DNA of 64,000 nt from an uncultured Marvinbryantia sp. (GCA_964487425.1 CAZAQD010000004.1:7063-71062), one strand, 5' to 3'; shown: positions 47,371 through 57,530, counted from the stretch's first letter. Notes: generated by a model not told the origin, from the letters alone. Translations and numbers: made by a program.

Positions 47371-48555
47371 TCAGGCGTTTTTCATTTTCTCCATAAGCGT
47401 TTTTTGCGCTCGCTTTCTGGTTATTTCCACCAAGCCCAGCGGAGTCATATCCACCACCACCGCTTTTTGGGGATCTTTTTTCAACTCTTCAGAAAGACAT
47501 TTCAGCACCAGCTCGCGATCCTCTTTGGCGGACATATTGATAAAGTCCACGATGATGATGCCGGAAAGGTTGCGCAGCCGAAGCTGCCTTGCCGTTTCTC
47601 TCGCCGCTTCCAGGTTAATCTTTAAAAAAGTATCCTGCAGGTTCTTTTTGCCGTCATATTTGCCCGTATTGACATCGATGGCTGTCAAAGCTTCCGTGGG
47701 CTGTATCACAAGATAGGCGCCCGATTTCAGCCATACACGCTCGCGCAGGGCGTTTTCAAACGCAGTCTCCAGTGAATAGAGCTTTGCCAGCGGCAGCAGC
47801 TTATCATCGTACAGGCGCAGCTTGTCGGCGTCTTCCGGCTGATACTCTTCCAGATAAGATTTTATCTCACGGTAGAGTTCCCTGTCATCCGTCACAATCT
47901 CTTCATAGTCTTTTGCACAATTATTTTTGAGCTGCAGCAGATATTCGGGCGGAGTCCGGTACATACAGGTCCTGCAGGAACGGTGTTTTGCATCCCTTAT
48001 CAGGGCGGAAAACTTCTGCAAAAGGCGCACCGCCTCAGCGGTAATCTCCTCCTCCACGGCATCCGCCGCATTCGTGCGCACAATCCAACTATAGTCCTCA
48101 TTGGAAAACGGCTGGATCACGGGGTGGAGGCGTTCCTTGTCGGCAGCGGTAAGCTTCGAGGAAAAGCCGATCCCCCCTTTGCCGTAAGCCAGCGCCAGAA
48201 ATTTCCCGGAAAGGCTGATCGCCGGAGTTACGGAGGGCGCTTTCGTTTTCACCGCTTCACGACTTACCTGTACCAAAAGCTCATCTCCTGCCGCAAGCTT
48301 TTGCGCCTTGCCTTTGGCGGTAAAAATGGGCGCATCCTCTTTCCTGATGGGATAATAGCAGGACACGCCGCCTTCCACCTCCACGAATGCTGCCTGAATG
48401 TTTTTGACGATATTCGCCACTTTGCCGACATAAATATTCCCCACCGCAACCTTTGCGGCGCCGGTATCATAGGAAAGCGCAACCGGATGTCCATCCTGGT
48501 AAAGCGCCGTGGCAATTCCTTCTTTAAAATTGGTGATAATGATTTTACCCTTCAA
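47371..48555 (-). CDS. Ribonuclease E/G family protein
   Basis: S1 domain GNIYVGKV...AAFV, TEALTAIDVNTG and LRLRNLSGIIIVDFI motifs. TTG start inferred from a GGGAG RBS. Confidence 0.92.
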   Translation of the reverse strand: MKGKIIITNFKEGIATALYQDGHPVALSYDTGAAKVAVGNIYVGKVANIVKNIQAAFVEVEGGVSCYYPIRKEDAPIFTAKGKAQKLAAGDELLVQVSREAVKTKAPSVTPAISLSGKFLALAYGKGGIGFSSKLTAADKERLHPVIQPFSNEDYSWIVRTNAADAVEEEITAEAVRLLQKFSALIRDAKHRSCRTCMYRTPPEYLLQLKNNCAKDYEEIVTDDRELYREIKSYLEEYQPEDADKLRLYDDKLLPLAKLYSLETAFENALRERVWLKSGAYLVIQPTEALTAIDVNTGKYDGKKNLQDTFLKINLEAARETARQLRLRNLSGIIIVDFINMSAKEDRELVLKCLSEELKKDPQKAVVVDMTPLGLVEITRKRAQKTLMEKMKNA

Positions 48556-49255
48556 TATCTTCTCCCAGATCCTCCAACGCAACCAGACTGCGTTCTCCTT
48601 CTTCTCCCATATCGGCGTACACCTCGTCACGGTTTACCAGCAGGGCAAATTCTCTTAACTCAAAACCGGCGCTGGCGGCAAATGCCTGCATCACCAGCTC
48701 CGGCTTTAAGTTTGCCACGCTTCCGGTGGCAAGCTGCATATGGATGCCGCAGCCGCAGACAGACAGCGCATAAATCATCGGCTTGATGTCCGTCTCTACC
48801 TCGCTTTTTTTCGTCTTTTTTACGACCATGATATGGTCCTGCGCATAGAAATCCGCCACCTTCTCCTGCCAGCCCTCATCCGGCTCATACCCCTGCCTGA
48901 AAGCAACCGTATAATCTGCCGCAGCCACCAGGGACATTGCTTTATTGGCTTTTCCTTCTGGTATCTGCCGGAAGCTTAGAACCCTGATCCCCTCTACCAT
49001 AACTGCATTTAACTGCGCAAGCGCCTGCGCGGAAGAGATCGGCGTTTTTATCTCAATATCAACATACTCGCCGCTGCTGGTGATCCCCACGCCAAGCGGC
49101 GCGGCAAAGGACATAATCATATGCGGGCTGAAGCCTTCTGTAAAGGCAATATCGATCTTTCCCCGCCGCATTGCTTTCTGAAAATACCGCATCACATCCA
49201 GATGCCCGATAAACTTCATCGCGCCCTGTTTGGAAAATTTAATTCTTATCTTCAA
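48545..49255 (-). CDS. Radical SAM-linked protein (TIGR03936/DUF2344-like)
   Basis: RIKFSK.G..KFIGHLD..R.FQKA.RR and GFSPH..SFAAPLGVG..S.GEY.D motifs. TTG start after GGAGG. Confidence 0.85.
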   Translation of the reverse strand: MKIRIKFSKQGAMKFIGHLDVMRYFQKAMRRGKIDIAFTEGFSPHMIMSFAAPLGVGITSSGEYVDIEIKTPISSAQALAQLNAVMVEGIRVLSFRQIPEGKANKAMSLVAAADYTVAFRQGYEPDEGWQEKVADFYAQDHIMVVKKTKKSEVETDIKPMIYALSVCGCGIHMQLATGSVANLKPELVMQAFAASAGFELREFALLVNRDEVYADMGEEGERSLVALEDLGEDIEG

Positions 49256-51104
49256 AACAGACACCTCCCTTGTAGCAGGCGGCGCCACAGCCGGCACACT
49301 GCTGGCGGCAATTATATGTCACCTTTTCCTGATGTGCCCTTTCCCATTCCCTCAGCAAATGCTTCTTCGTCACCCCAATATTGATGAAGTCCCACGGAAA
49401 TACCTCGTCCAGTCCGCGTTCCCGCGTTGTATAGAAATCAAGGTCTATGCCGCAGCGCTCGATGGACTGCATCCAGATTTCATTGTCAAAGGTCTCTGTC
49501 CAGGCATCATAGAGCGCGCCATGACGGTATGCATCCAAAACAACCGCCGCCACCTTGCGGTCGCCGCGTGCCAGCAGCCCTTCCAGAACCGTCACATCCG
49601 CTTCATGCCAGTTATAACGGATGCTTTTATAATTGCGCATTTCCTTCATCTCATGATTCACGGTCTTCGCCCTGCCCAGAAACTCTTCCCTTGTACACAT
49701 CGGCGCCCACTGAAAAGGCGTAAAGGGTTTGGGTACAAAAAAGGAAGTGCTGACCGTAATCTGACATTTTCCATTGCGCTGATCCTTTGGTATTTCATAA
49801 TAGCGCCTGGCGATTTTTTCCGCAAGATGAGCGATCTCCTTGCGGTCTTCCTCCGTCTCCGTGGGAAGCCCAAGCATAAAATAGAGCTTCACTCTGTTCC
49901 ATCCGCCCTCAAACGCCTCCCCTGCGCCTTTCAGGATCACTTCTTCTGTCAGTCCCTTATTAATCACATCGCGAAGCCTTTGGGAACCCGCCTCCGGCGC
50001 AAAGGTAAGGCTGCTTTTTCGCACATCCTGCACCTTGCTCATCACATCCAGGGAAAACGCGTCGATACGCAGAGAGGGAAGCGAAATATTGACTCCCCGG
50101 CTGCGGCATTCTTCAATCAGGAAATTCACCAGCTCACCAAGCTGCGAATAATCGCTGGAGCTTAAAGAGCTTAAAGATATCTCTTCATGTCCGGTGCTTT
50201 CCAGCATTTCCACCGCCGTTTTCTTTAACATCTGTACATCGCGCTCCCTCGTAGGGCGATAGAGCATGCCCGCCTGGCAGAAACGGCATCCGCGGATACA
50301 TCCTCTCTGGATTTCCAGGACGACCCGGTCCTGCGTTGCCTTGATAAACGGCACCACCGGGGCTTTCGGATACACAGCGTTGGTGATATCCATTACGATC
50401 TGCTTTTCAACCGTTGCCGGAACGCCCTCTGTATTCGGTGCAAACGTATCAATCGTACCGTCTTCCTTGTAGGTGACATCATAGAGCAAGGGGACATAAA
50501 TCCCCGGGATCGAAGATGCCGCCACCAGAAATTCCCGGCGGCTTTTTCCGGCTTTTTTATATTCCTTATACAGATCAAGCAGCGCGTCATAAACAGTCTC
50601 GCCCTCGCCAATGTAGAACATATCAAAAAAATCAGCCAGCGGTTCAGGGTTGTAAGTACAGGGTCCGCCCCCGATCACGATGGGGCATTCCTCTCCCCTT
50701 TCTGCTGCTGACAGCGATATCCCACTCAAATCCAATACCTGCAGGATATTGGTATAACACATCTCATACTGGATCGTGATCCCCAGAAAATCAAAATCCT
50801 TAATGGCATCCTGGGATTCCAGGGCAAAAAGAGAGATCTTCTTCTCCCTCATGATCCTATCCAGGTCCGTCCAGGGCGAATAGACACGCTCACACCAGAC
50901 ATCTTCCCGTCGGTTAAACATATCATACAGAACCTGGATGCCCAGATGGGACATGCCGATCTCGTATACATCCGGAAAACACATGGCAAAGCGAACGTCC
51001 ACTTTTTCCTTGTCCTTCATCACGGCATTGACTTCATTGCCGATATAACGGGCAGGTTTATCGATCCCGAGTAAAATTTCATCACTTAAAGCTAATTCTC
51101 TCAT
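49239..51104 (-). CDS. Radical SAM protein (TIGR03960-like, B12-binding-type N-terminus)
   Basis: KPARYIGNE, FPDVYEIGMSHLG, CIRGCRFC, TFAPEAG and a C-terminal Cys cluster CRQQCAGCGAAC. Confidence 0.88.
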   Translation of the reverse strand: MRELALSDEILLGIDKPARYIGNEVNAVMKDKEKVDVRFAMCFPDVYEIGMSHLGIQVLYDMFNRREDVWCERVYSPWTDLDRIMREKKISLFALESQDAIKDFDFLGITIQYEMCYTNILQVLDLSGISLSAAERGEECPIVIGGGPCTYNPEPLADFFDMFYIGEGETVYDALLDLYKEYKKAGKSRREFLVAASSIPGIYVPLLYDVTYKEDGTIDTFAPNTEGVPATVEKQIVMDITNAVYPKAPVVPFIKATQDRVVLEIQRGCIRGCRFCQAGMLYRPTRERDVQMLKKTAVEMLESTGHEEISLSSLSSSDYSQLGELVNFLIEECRSRGVNISLPSLRIDAFSLDVMSKVQDVRKSSLTFAPEAGSQRLRDVINKGLTEEVILKGAGEAFEGGWNRVKLYFMLGLPTETEEDRKEIAHLAEKIARRYYEIPKDQRNGKCQITVSTSFFVPKPFTPFQWAPMCTREEFLGRAKTVNHEMKEMRNYKSIRYNWHEADVTVLEGLLARGDRKVAAVVLDAYRHGALYDAWTETFDNEIWMQSIERCGIDLDFYTTRERGLDEVFPWDFINIGVTKKHLLREWERAHQEKVTYNCRQQCAGCGAACYKGGVCFEDKN

Positions 51105-51166
51105 TTTATTATCCTTATTTTTTATTTATGTCGTTGCTACCGTTTGGTATAGAAGCACTTTACCAC

Positions 51167-51211
51167 AAAACGAAACGCTGCGCCATAGATTTTTCTCTAT
51201 TTTGCAGCGTT
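51167..51211 (-). terminator. Probable terminator after hisIE
   Basis: Imperfect AACGCTGC..ATAGA/TCTAT..GCAGCGTT stem followed by TCGTTTT on the minus strand. Confidence 0.55.
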
Positions 51212-51233
51212 CCCGTTAAGTAGCATTTTAGAT

Positions 51234-52520
51234 TTACCGCTTTGACAATTCTTCTGTAATATCCTCCCAGGTTACCCCGCGCTGTGCCATCAGCACCATC
51301 ACGTGATACAGGAAATCCGCTACTTCATATTTGATCTCCTCCGGGTCCGGGTTCTTGGCGGCGATCACGATCTCCGTCGCTTCCTCTCCCACCTTTTTCA
51401 GAATCTTATCAATTCCCTTGTCAAAAAGGTAATTGGTATAGGAGCCCTCTTTTGGATTTGCCTTGCGGTCCATAATCACCTCATAGACCTCCTCAAACAC
51501 GGAAGATGCGTTTCTTGCGCCCGTCCCTTTTTTGAGCAGGTCACGGTAAAAGCAACTACGGTTGCCGGTATGGCAGGCAGCGCCATCCTGAATCACCTTT
51601 GCAAGCAGCGTATCGTTATCGCAGTCAATCGATAATTGCCTCAGATGCTGGAAATGCCCGGATGTCTCGCCCTTTAGCCAGATCTGCCGGCGGCTTCTGC
51701 TAAAGTATGTCATTTTTCCGGTTACCAGCGTCTTGTGAAATGCCTCTTCATTCATATAGGCAACCATAAGCACCTCATTGTTGCGGTAGTCCTGCACGAC
51801 CACCGGAATCAGCCCGTCGGAGTTGAGTTTCAGTTCCGACCATTCCACCGGGCTTCGGTACTCAAACATATCGATGCCCTCTTTTGTTAACCTTTCTCTT
51901 AAATGGAACAGGTCTACTCCGGTATCTGAAACATAGCTTCCGGCAATTCCAATCACGTTCTCTTCCTTTAAAAGAGCCAGTGTCTTGGAAAAATCTATAA
52001 TGGAAAGAATCGGTATGGTATTAAGCGGAAGGGAGCGAACCGCCTCATAAAGATGCAGGTTATCGCCAAGCAGCAGCGCTTTTTCCGCGTACATAGCAAG
52101 CTTTTCCCCGCTTGCAGAAAGCGTGGAAAATTCATTAATACACACCGCAATTTTTTCTTTCCCAAATCTCTTGGATACTTCTTCCAGCATTTCAATATTG
52201 CTGCCCTTTGACATATTTAAGATCGCTGCCGAGCATCCTGCGTAGAGAAGTTTTTTTACATCCTCCACCCGTTTTATATTGCCGGCGCCCAGCATCGGCA
52301 GATCTACGGTTCTTCCGATCTCCCGGATAATGCCGATATTCTTCTCGTGCTCCTCATCGCTGTTTGATAAGTCAAAAATAATTAACGAATCCACGCCGTT
52401 CATCGCATAATATTCCGCCAGCCCTAAGACGTCCCCATTCCAGAACAGCGAATGCCTGCGCAGTCCTGCAACAGATTTTCCGTTCTTTAAAAATATATTC
52501 GCATATAATTGTTTTCCCAT
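51234..52520 (-). CDS. hisIE: HisIE fused to an N-terminal degenerate HisF/HisA-like barrel
   Basis: HisI motifs SRSR..IW.KGETSG, DCDNDTLL, ACHTG.RSCF; HisE motifs SYT.YLF, KKVGEEATE, ADFLYH. The N-terminal about 215 aa are HisF-like. Confidence 0.88.
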   Translation of the reverse strand: MGKQLYANIFLKNGKSVAGLRRHSLFWNGDVLGLAEYYAMNGVDSLIIFDLSNSDEEHEKNIGIIREIGRTVDLPMLGAGNIKRVEDVKKLLYAGCSAAILNMSKGSNIEMLEEVSKRFGKEKIAVCINEFSTLSASGEKLAMYAEKALLLGDNLHLYEAVRSLPLNTIPILSIIDFSKTLALLKEENVIGIAGSYVSDTGVDLFHLRERLTKEGIDMFEYRSPVEWSELKLNSDGLIPVVVQDYRNNEVLMVAYMNEEAFHKTLVTGKMTYFSRSRRQIWLKGETSGHFQHLRQLSIDCDNDTLLAKVIQDGAACHTGNRSCFYRDLLKKGTGARNASSVFEEVYEVIMDRKANPKEGSYTNYLFDKGIDKILKKVGEEATEIVIAAKNPDPEEIKYEVADFLYHVMVLMAQRGVTWEDITEELSKR

Positions 52521-52529
52521 ATACTCTCC

Positions 52530-53120
52530 TTATAAGGTACCCTTTGTAGAGAGCACCCCATTAATCCTGTCATCCACTATTGTCGCCATATCGAGCGCTT
52601 TGGCAAACGCTTTAAAAGCACACTCCGCAATATGGTGATTATTCCTGCCGGACAATTGTTTGAAATGCAGGTTTATTCCCGCCGAATAGGAAACCGCATA
52701 GAAAAACTCCTGCACCATCTCCGTATCCATGTCTCCGATCTTCTCTACGGTAAAGGTCAGGTCTGATTCCAGATATGGCCTGCCGGACAAGTCAACCGCG
52801 CAGAGAATCAGGGCGTCATCCATCGGCAGTATCGCATGCCCAAAACGGCGGATCCCCTCTTTGTCGCCCAGCGCCTTCTTAATCGCTTCCCCCAGGACAA
52901 TTCCACTGTCCTCTATTGTATGATGGGAGTCCACCTCCACATCTCCCCGTATTTTCGCGTCCAGATCAAACAGCCCGTGGCGCGCAAAGCCATTCAGCAT
53001 GTGGTCAAAAAACGGGATTCCTGAATCTACACTGCAATTACCGGTCCCGTCTATCTGGAACGTAATACGGATATTGGTCTCTTTTGTGTCTCTTTGAACA
53101 GTCGCAATTCTTCCAGACAT
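52530..53120 (-). CDS. hisB: Imidazoleglycerol-phosphate dehydratase
   Basis: R.TKET, FFDHML, DSHHTIED, PMDD and NNHHIAE motifs. Confidence 0.96.
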   Translation of the reverse strand: MSGRIATVQRDTKETNIRITFQIDGTGNCSVDSGIPFFDHMLNGFARHGLFDLDAKIRGDVEVDSHHTIEDSGIVLGEAIKKALGDKEGIRRFGHAILPMDDALILCAVDLSGRPYLESDLTFTVEKIGDMDTEMVQEFFYAVSYSAGINLHFKQLSGRNNHHIAECAFKAFAKALDMATIVDDRINGVLSTKGTL

Positions 53121-53212
53121 CTCCATCCCTCCTGCTCCCACTGATAGCAGCTCAAACAGGCTGCCAAAACCGGCTGCATGGCTGAACTGTTATTCTGTTT
53201 TAAAGTGATTTC

Positions 53213-53241
53213 ATTATAGCTTCTATTTATAATGTTGTCAA
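53213..53241 (-). promoter_or_regulatory. SigA promoter for hisB-hisIE
   Basis: Perfect TTGACA (53241-53236)-N17-TATAAT (53218-53213). Confidence 0.78.
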
Positions 53242-53375
53242 ATTTGTTGTGAAATTCCAGCAAAAATCTGTATACACTAAAAAATTTGTATGATATAATG
53301 AATGTGAAAAGCGAAAATAACGACAAATTTTGTCAGTAGAAAAATTATATTATATCGCTTTTGAAAGGAGACTTT

Positions 53376-54326
53376 ATGAAAAGGAAATTACTAGCTTTAA
53401 CTTTGGCTCTCAGTATGTGCGGCGTACCGGTTTACGCAGACGACGCGGTAACTGCGGAATCCGTATTACAGGGTATGCAGGAGTATTCCGCAAACGCAGC
53501 ATCAGAGGCGATGACAATGACACTGAACCTGGATGCGGCATTAAAGATGGTCTCAGAAGATGCAATGGAAACCTCTATTCCTGTTTCCATGACAGGCAGC
53601 TTCGATATCCAGGAGATTCTTGATCCGATACAGATGTCTTTGAACGGAAACTTCAAGGTGTCAATCCTCGGACAGTCAAATGAGATAGCGATGGAAATGT
53701 ACATGGTTATGGAAGATGAGCAGGCGGATACCTATGTCAATGAAACTACGGATGGGGTCGAATCCGGCTGGCAGCATACTTCCGTAGATATGGATGAGCT
53801 GCTTGACACACTGGGGATATCCAGCCTGGAAGAGTTGTCCTCTGCAAGTGTGGAAGACCTTCTGGGTGCAGATTTAGACTGGACACTGACGGAAGAAAAT
53901 GACTCCTACAAGTTAGAGGGACAGCTCGCTTTTTCTGATATTCTGCCGCTGATCGAAGCTTCTATGGGCGCTGACGGCGAAGTGATAAGCGATGAAGAAC
54001 TGGATCAAGTGAAATCTATACTTAGCGCATTTAAGATGAATATGAGCTATGTCGTAGAGAAAGAAACCTTTGCAACCAGAAGCTGTCACATTGATTTTAA
54101 CGATTCCGACATAACCGCAGTCAATGACATAATTTCCGATGTAATGGCAGACGCTCTTGGTTCTGATGATTCCACTTCGATCTCACTTGAAGTAAATGAC
54201 TTCTCTATGGATATGGAGATTTCCCAGGATACGGTTACATCCATCGAGATCCCGCAGGAAGCTCTGGATGCTGATACCGTTGATGTCAATGCATTGGTTG
54301 AAGAAGCTACAGAATTAGCTGAATAA
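53376..54326 (+). CDS. Secreted acidic protein (possibly DUF6612/LolA-like beta fold)
   Basis: Signal peptide MKRKLLALTLALSMCGVPVYA; very D/E-rich; alternating beta pattern; MEMY...TY...W and IEIPQEAL C-terminus; AAGGAG RBS. Confidence 0.7.
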   Translation: MKRKLLALTLALSMCGVPVYADDAVTAESVLQGMQEYSANAASEAMTMTLNLDAALKMVSEDAMETSIPVSMTGSFDIQEILDPIQMSLNGNFKVSILGQSNEIAMEMYMVMEDEQADTYVNETTDGVESGWQHTSVDMDELLDTLGISSLEELSSASVEDLLGADLDWTLTEENDSYKLEGQLAFSDILPLIEASMGADGEVISDEELDQVKSILSAFKMNMSYVVEKETFATRSCHIDFNDSDITAVNDIISDVMADALGSDDSTSISLEVNDFSMDMEISQDTVTSIEIPQEALDADTVDVNALVEEATELAE

Positions 54327-54344
54327 AATCTTACAAAAAATACG

Positions 54345-54382
54345 AAAGCTTCCGCAGAGTTTATTTTGCGGAAGCTTTTTTA
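54345..54382. terminator. Terminator between the convergent secreted-protein gene and hisD
   Basis: AAAGCTTCCGCA/TGCGGAAGCTTT 12-bp stem with a T-run on +; probably bidirectional. Confidence 0.82.
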
Positions 54383-54390
54383 TTCCTTAT

Positions 54391-55680
54391 TTATTCAAAT
54401 CTCACATGGATGGAATTGGCATGGGCGGTAAGCTGCTCCGCTTTCGCAAAGCTTTCTATCTCTTCATGCACCGCTTTCAGCGCTTCCCGTGAATAATAGA
54501 TGATACTGGATTTTTTCATAAAATCATCCACATTCAGCGGGGAGAAAAATTTAGCGGTTCCATTTGTCGGCAGGACATGGTTCGGACCTGCAAAATAATC
54601 TCCCAGAGGCTCGCTGCTGTATTCCCCAATGAAGATCGCTCCGGCGTTTTTAATCCTTGTCATGACGTCAAAAGGATTCTTTGTCACAATTTCCAGATGC
54701 TCAGAAGCAATCTCGTTCACTGCATCGATCGCCATGCCAGGATCCTCTGCGACCAGAATATAACCGAACTGGTCGAGCGATTTCTGAATGATCTCCTTTC
54801 TGGACAGCGTCTTTACAAAGCCGTCCACCTCCGCCGATACCGCTTTGGCAAGCTCATAGCTTGTCGTGATGAGAATAGCCGAAGCCATCTCGTCATGCTC
54901 CGCCTGGGACAACAGATCCGCAGCCACATACCGCGGATTTGCTGTCTCATCCGCCAGCACCAGGATCTCGCTCGGACCGGCGATGGAATCAATATTGACA
55001 AATCCGTAAACTGCCTTTTTCGCTAGGGCAACGTAGATATTGCCGGGTCCGACGATTTTATCGACCTTTGGGATACTTTCCGTGCCAAAAGCCAGCGCGG
55101 CGATCGCCTGTGCGCCGCCGACCTTATAGACCTCATCTGCACCAGCCTCATGTGCCGCCACCAGGGTGGTCGGATTCACTTTGCCCTGCGCATTACAGGG
55201 CGTTGTCATGATGATTTTTTCTACGCCCGCCACCTTTGCCGGGACAATGTTCATCAAAACGGAAGAAGGATAGACTGCCTTTCCGCCCGGTACATAGACG
55301 CCGACTCTGGATAAGGCGATGATCTTCTGCCCAAGCAGCGTCCCGTTTGGCTGGCTGTCAAACCAACTGTATTTTTTCTGTTTCTCATGGTAGGAGCGAA
55401 TGTTCGCCAGCGCCTTTCGCATGGTTGCCACCAGGGCGGGATCTACCTCCTGATACGCCTCCTGCAGCTCTTTTTCCTTCACACGTATATTCTGTGCGCT
55501 GATATCCGCACCGTCAAACTTCTTCGTATAGGCAAAGACTGCCTCATCCTTCTTTTTGCGGACATCCTCCACAATCGCCGCCACCCGGTCCTCATATTCG
55601 CCGTAATTGTGGGGGCTTCTTTTCAGCAAGTCTTCTAACAGATTCTGTTTGCTCTTCTCCGTCAGTGCTACAATTCTCAT
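54391..55680 (-). CDS. hisD: Histidinol dehydrogenase
   Basis: GVYVPGG, GGAQAIAALA, GPGN.YV, AGPSE, SQAEHD and GPNHVLPT motifs. Confidence 0.98.
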   Translation of the reverse strand: MRIVALTEKSKQNLLEDLLKRSPHNYGEYEDRVAAIVEDVRKKKDEAVFAYTKKFDGADISAQNIRVKEKELQEAYQEVDPALVATMRKALANIRSYHEKQKKYSWFDSQPNGTLLGQKIIALSRVGVYVPGGKAVYPSSVLMNIVPAKVAGVEKIIMTTPCNAQGKVNPTTLVAAHEAGADEVYKVGGAQAIAALAFGTESIPKVDKIVGPGNIYVALAKKAVYGFVNIDSIAGPSEILVLADETANPRYVAADLLSQAEHDEMASAILITTSYELAKAVSAEVDGFVKTLSRKEIIQKSLDQFGYILVAEDPGMAIDAVNEIASEHLEIVTKNPFDVMTRIKNAGAIFIGEYSSEPLGDYFAGPNHVLPTNGTAKFFSPLNVDDFMKKSSIIYYSREALKAVHEEIESFAKAEQLTAHANSIHVRFE

Positions 55681-55692
55681 AATCTTTCTCCT

Positions 55693-56331
55693 TTACAGTA
55701 CTTCCTTGCATGCATTCAATATTTTTGTGATCCTTTCACTTTCCATCTGCATACTCACTCGGTTTACGACCACGCGCGCCGAAAGCGGGCAGACCTCTTC
55801 CAATACTTCCAGCCCGTTTTCCCTCAGTGTCGCCCCCGTCTCCACGATATCGACGATCACCTCAGAAAGCCCTACGATCGGCGCCAGCTCGATGGAACCA
55901 TTCAGTTTAATAATTTCCACTGTCTGGCATTTTTTATTATAAAAATAATCTTTGGCAATCCGCGGATACTTCGTCGCCACACGAATGCGCTCCTGCGTTT
56001 CCAGCAAATGTTTTGCCTGCGCAGGACCGCAGACGCACATCCTGCATTTTCCAAATCCAAGGTCAAGCACTTCATAAAGCTTGCGGTTTTCTTCATCTAT
56101 GGTGTCTTTTCCCACCACGCCGATATCCGCCGCCCCGTATTCCACATAAGTAGGCACATCCGGTCCCTTTGCAAGGAAAAATTTCAATTTTAATTCCTCA
56201 TTTACAAAAATCAGCTTTCTGGAAGCAGGGTCCTTCATTTCCTCGCAGGTAATCCCCACTTTTTCCAAGAGCTCCATTGTTTTGTTAGCAAGACGCCCTT
56301 TTGTCAGGGCAAAGGTTAAATAACGCATCAT
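55693..56331 (-). CDS. hisG: ATP phosphoribosyltransferase (short form)
   Basis: ALTKGRL, DVPTYV, ATKYP, GSIELAP and DIVETGATL motifs. Confidence 0.97.
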   Translation of the reverse strand: MMRYLTFALTKGRLANKTMELLEKVGITCEEMKDPASRKLIFVNEELKLKFFLAKGPDVPTYVEYGAADIGVVGKDTIDEENRKLYEVLDLGFGKCRMCVCGPAQAKHLLETQERIRVATKYPRIAKDYFYNKKCQTVEIIKLNGSIELAPIVGLSEVIVDIVETGATLRENGLEVLEEVCPLSARVVVNRVSMQMESERITKILNACKEVL

Positions 56332-57443
56332 TCATCCTCCACAAAATCCAACGCCACATTCCATCCCGCGGCGCGCAGTTTTTTCGCTTCGTCAATCGCC
56401 TCTTTTTGCCGGGATTTGGGGTAGGATAATTTCTTTCTATGATTTTGTTCCTTTGGCAGAAGCTTCTGGCGGGAAAGCGCCGCCATGAGCTGGTCCACGA
56501 CCACCACAAAACCGATAGACGGCGCGTCCTTGCCAAAATGCTTCAAAAGATTGTCATAACGCCCGCCCTTCACGATGGCATCGCCGCTGCCGAAGGTATA
56601 GCCTCTGAAAAAGATACCGGTATAATAATTATAACGGCTCAGCATACTGAGGTCAAAGCTCACATAATTTGCGATCCCGTAACACTCAAGGATTTCATAA
56701 ATCTCCTCCAAGCGCAAAACGGCATACTTTGCTTCCTCATTCACAGCCAGGCATTTGGCTCTCTCCAGGATCTCTACCGAACCGTAAAGATTCGGCAGGC
56801 TGCGAAACGCTTCTTTTACGCGCTCCTCCATCTCTATCCCCTGCAGCAGGCTTTCCACGCCGAAAAGGTTGCGGTTGGAGATAAAGTCCTTCAGTTCGCT
56901 TTCCATCTCTTCTTCTATCTTAATCTCTTTTAACAGGCTTTTAAAATATTCTACCTGTCCGATGCTGATCTGAAACTTGTCAAGTCCGGCACGCTTTAAG
57001 CAGTCCACAACCATCGCGATGACCTCTGCGTCCGCGCAGGCACTGTCTGTTCCGATCAGTTCGGCTCCCATATGAGTATTTTCTTTTAAACGCCCCTGAT
57101 AACTGGAGTTATTAACAAACGTATTCCCCGTGTAGCACAGGCGGATCGTCTCATCGACATTTCTGAAATATTTCGAAGCCGCCCTGGCAATCGACGGCGT
57201 GATATCCGGCCGCAATACCAGCGTGTTTCCCTCCCGGTCAAAAAACTTATACAATTCTTTGGACGGAATCGTTCCCACATCCTTGCTGAATACGTCAAAA
57301 AATTCAAACGTCGGCGTCTCAATATCCCGGTATCCGTAAGATCTCAGGACACCGTGCAGTTCGTTTTGAAGCCAGAGCTTTCTCTCACATTCCTCATTAT
57401 AAATATCACGGACGCCCTCCGGTGTATGCAGTAATCTTTCCAA
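56328..57443 (-). CDS. hisZ: ATP phosphoribosyltransferase regulatory subunit
   Basis: [21 protein letters not shown] and GGRYD motifs; upstream of the short hisG. Confidence 0.93.
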   Translation of the reverse strand: MERLLHTPEGVRDIYNEECERKLWLQNELHGVLRSYGYRDIETPTFEFFDVFSKDVGTIPSKELYKFFDREGNTLVLRPDITPSIARAASKYFRNVDETIRLCYTGNTFVNNSSYQGRLKENTHMGAELIGTDSACADAEVIAMVVDCLKRAGLDKFQISIGQVEYFKSLLKEIKIEEEMESELKDFISNRNLFGVESLLQGIEMEERVKEAFRSLPNLYGSVEILERAKCLAVNEEAKYAVLRLEEIYEILECYGIANYVSFDLSMLSRYNYYTGIFFRGYTFGSGDAIVKGGRYDNLLKHFGKDAPSIGFVVVVDQLMAALSRQKLLPKEQNHRKKLSYPKSRQKEAIDEAKKLRAAGWNVALDFVEDE

Positions 57444-57459
57444 TTTCCATCTTCTCCTT

Positions 57460-57530
57460 CACTTTAGCATGGCGCAGTGCTAATTTATTAAAGCACGTAC
57501 CATTATACGTATTTCCCGCCTTCTTGTCAA
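57460..57530 (-). promoter_or_regulatory. hisZ SigA promoter and putative HisR-type operator
   Basis: TTGACA (57530-57525)-N17-TATAAT (57507-57502). CACTTTAG...TTAAAGCAC half-sites at 57460-57496; the operator call is weaker than the promoter call. Confidence 0.65.
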
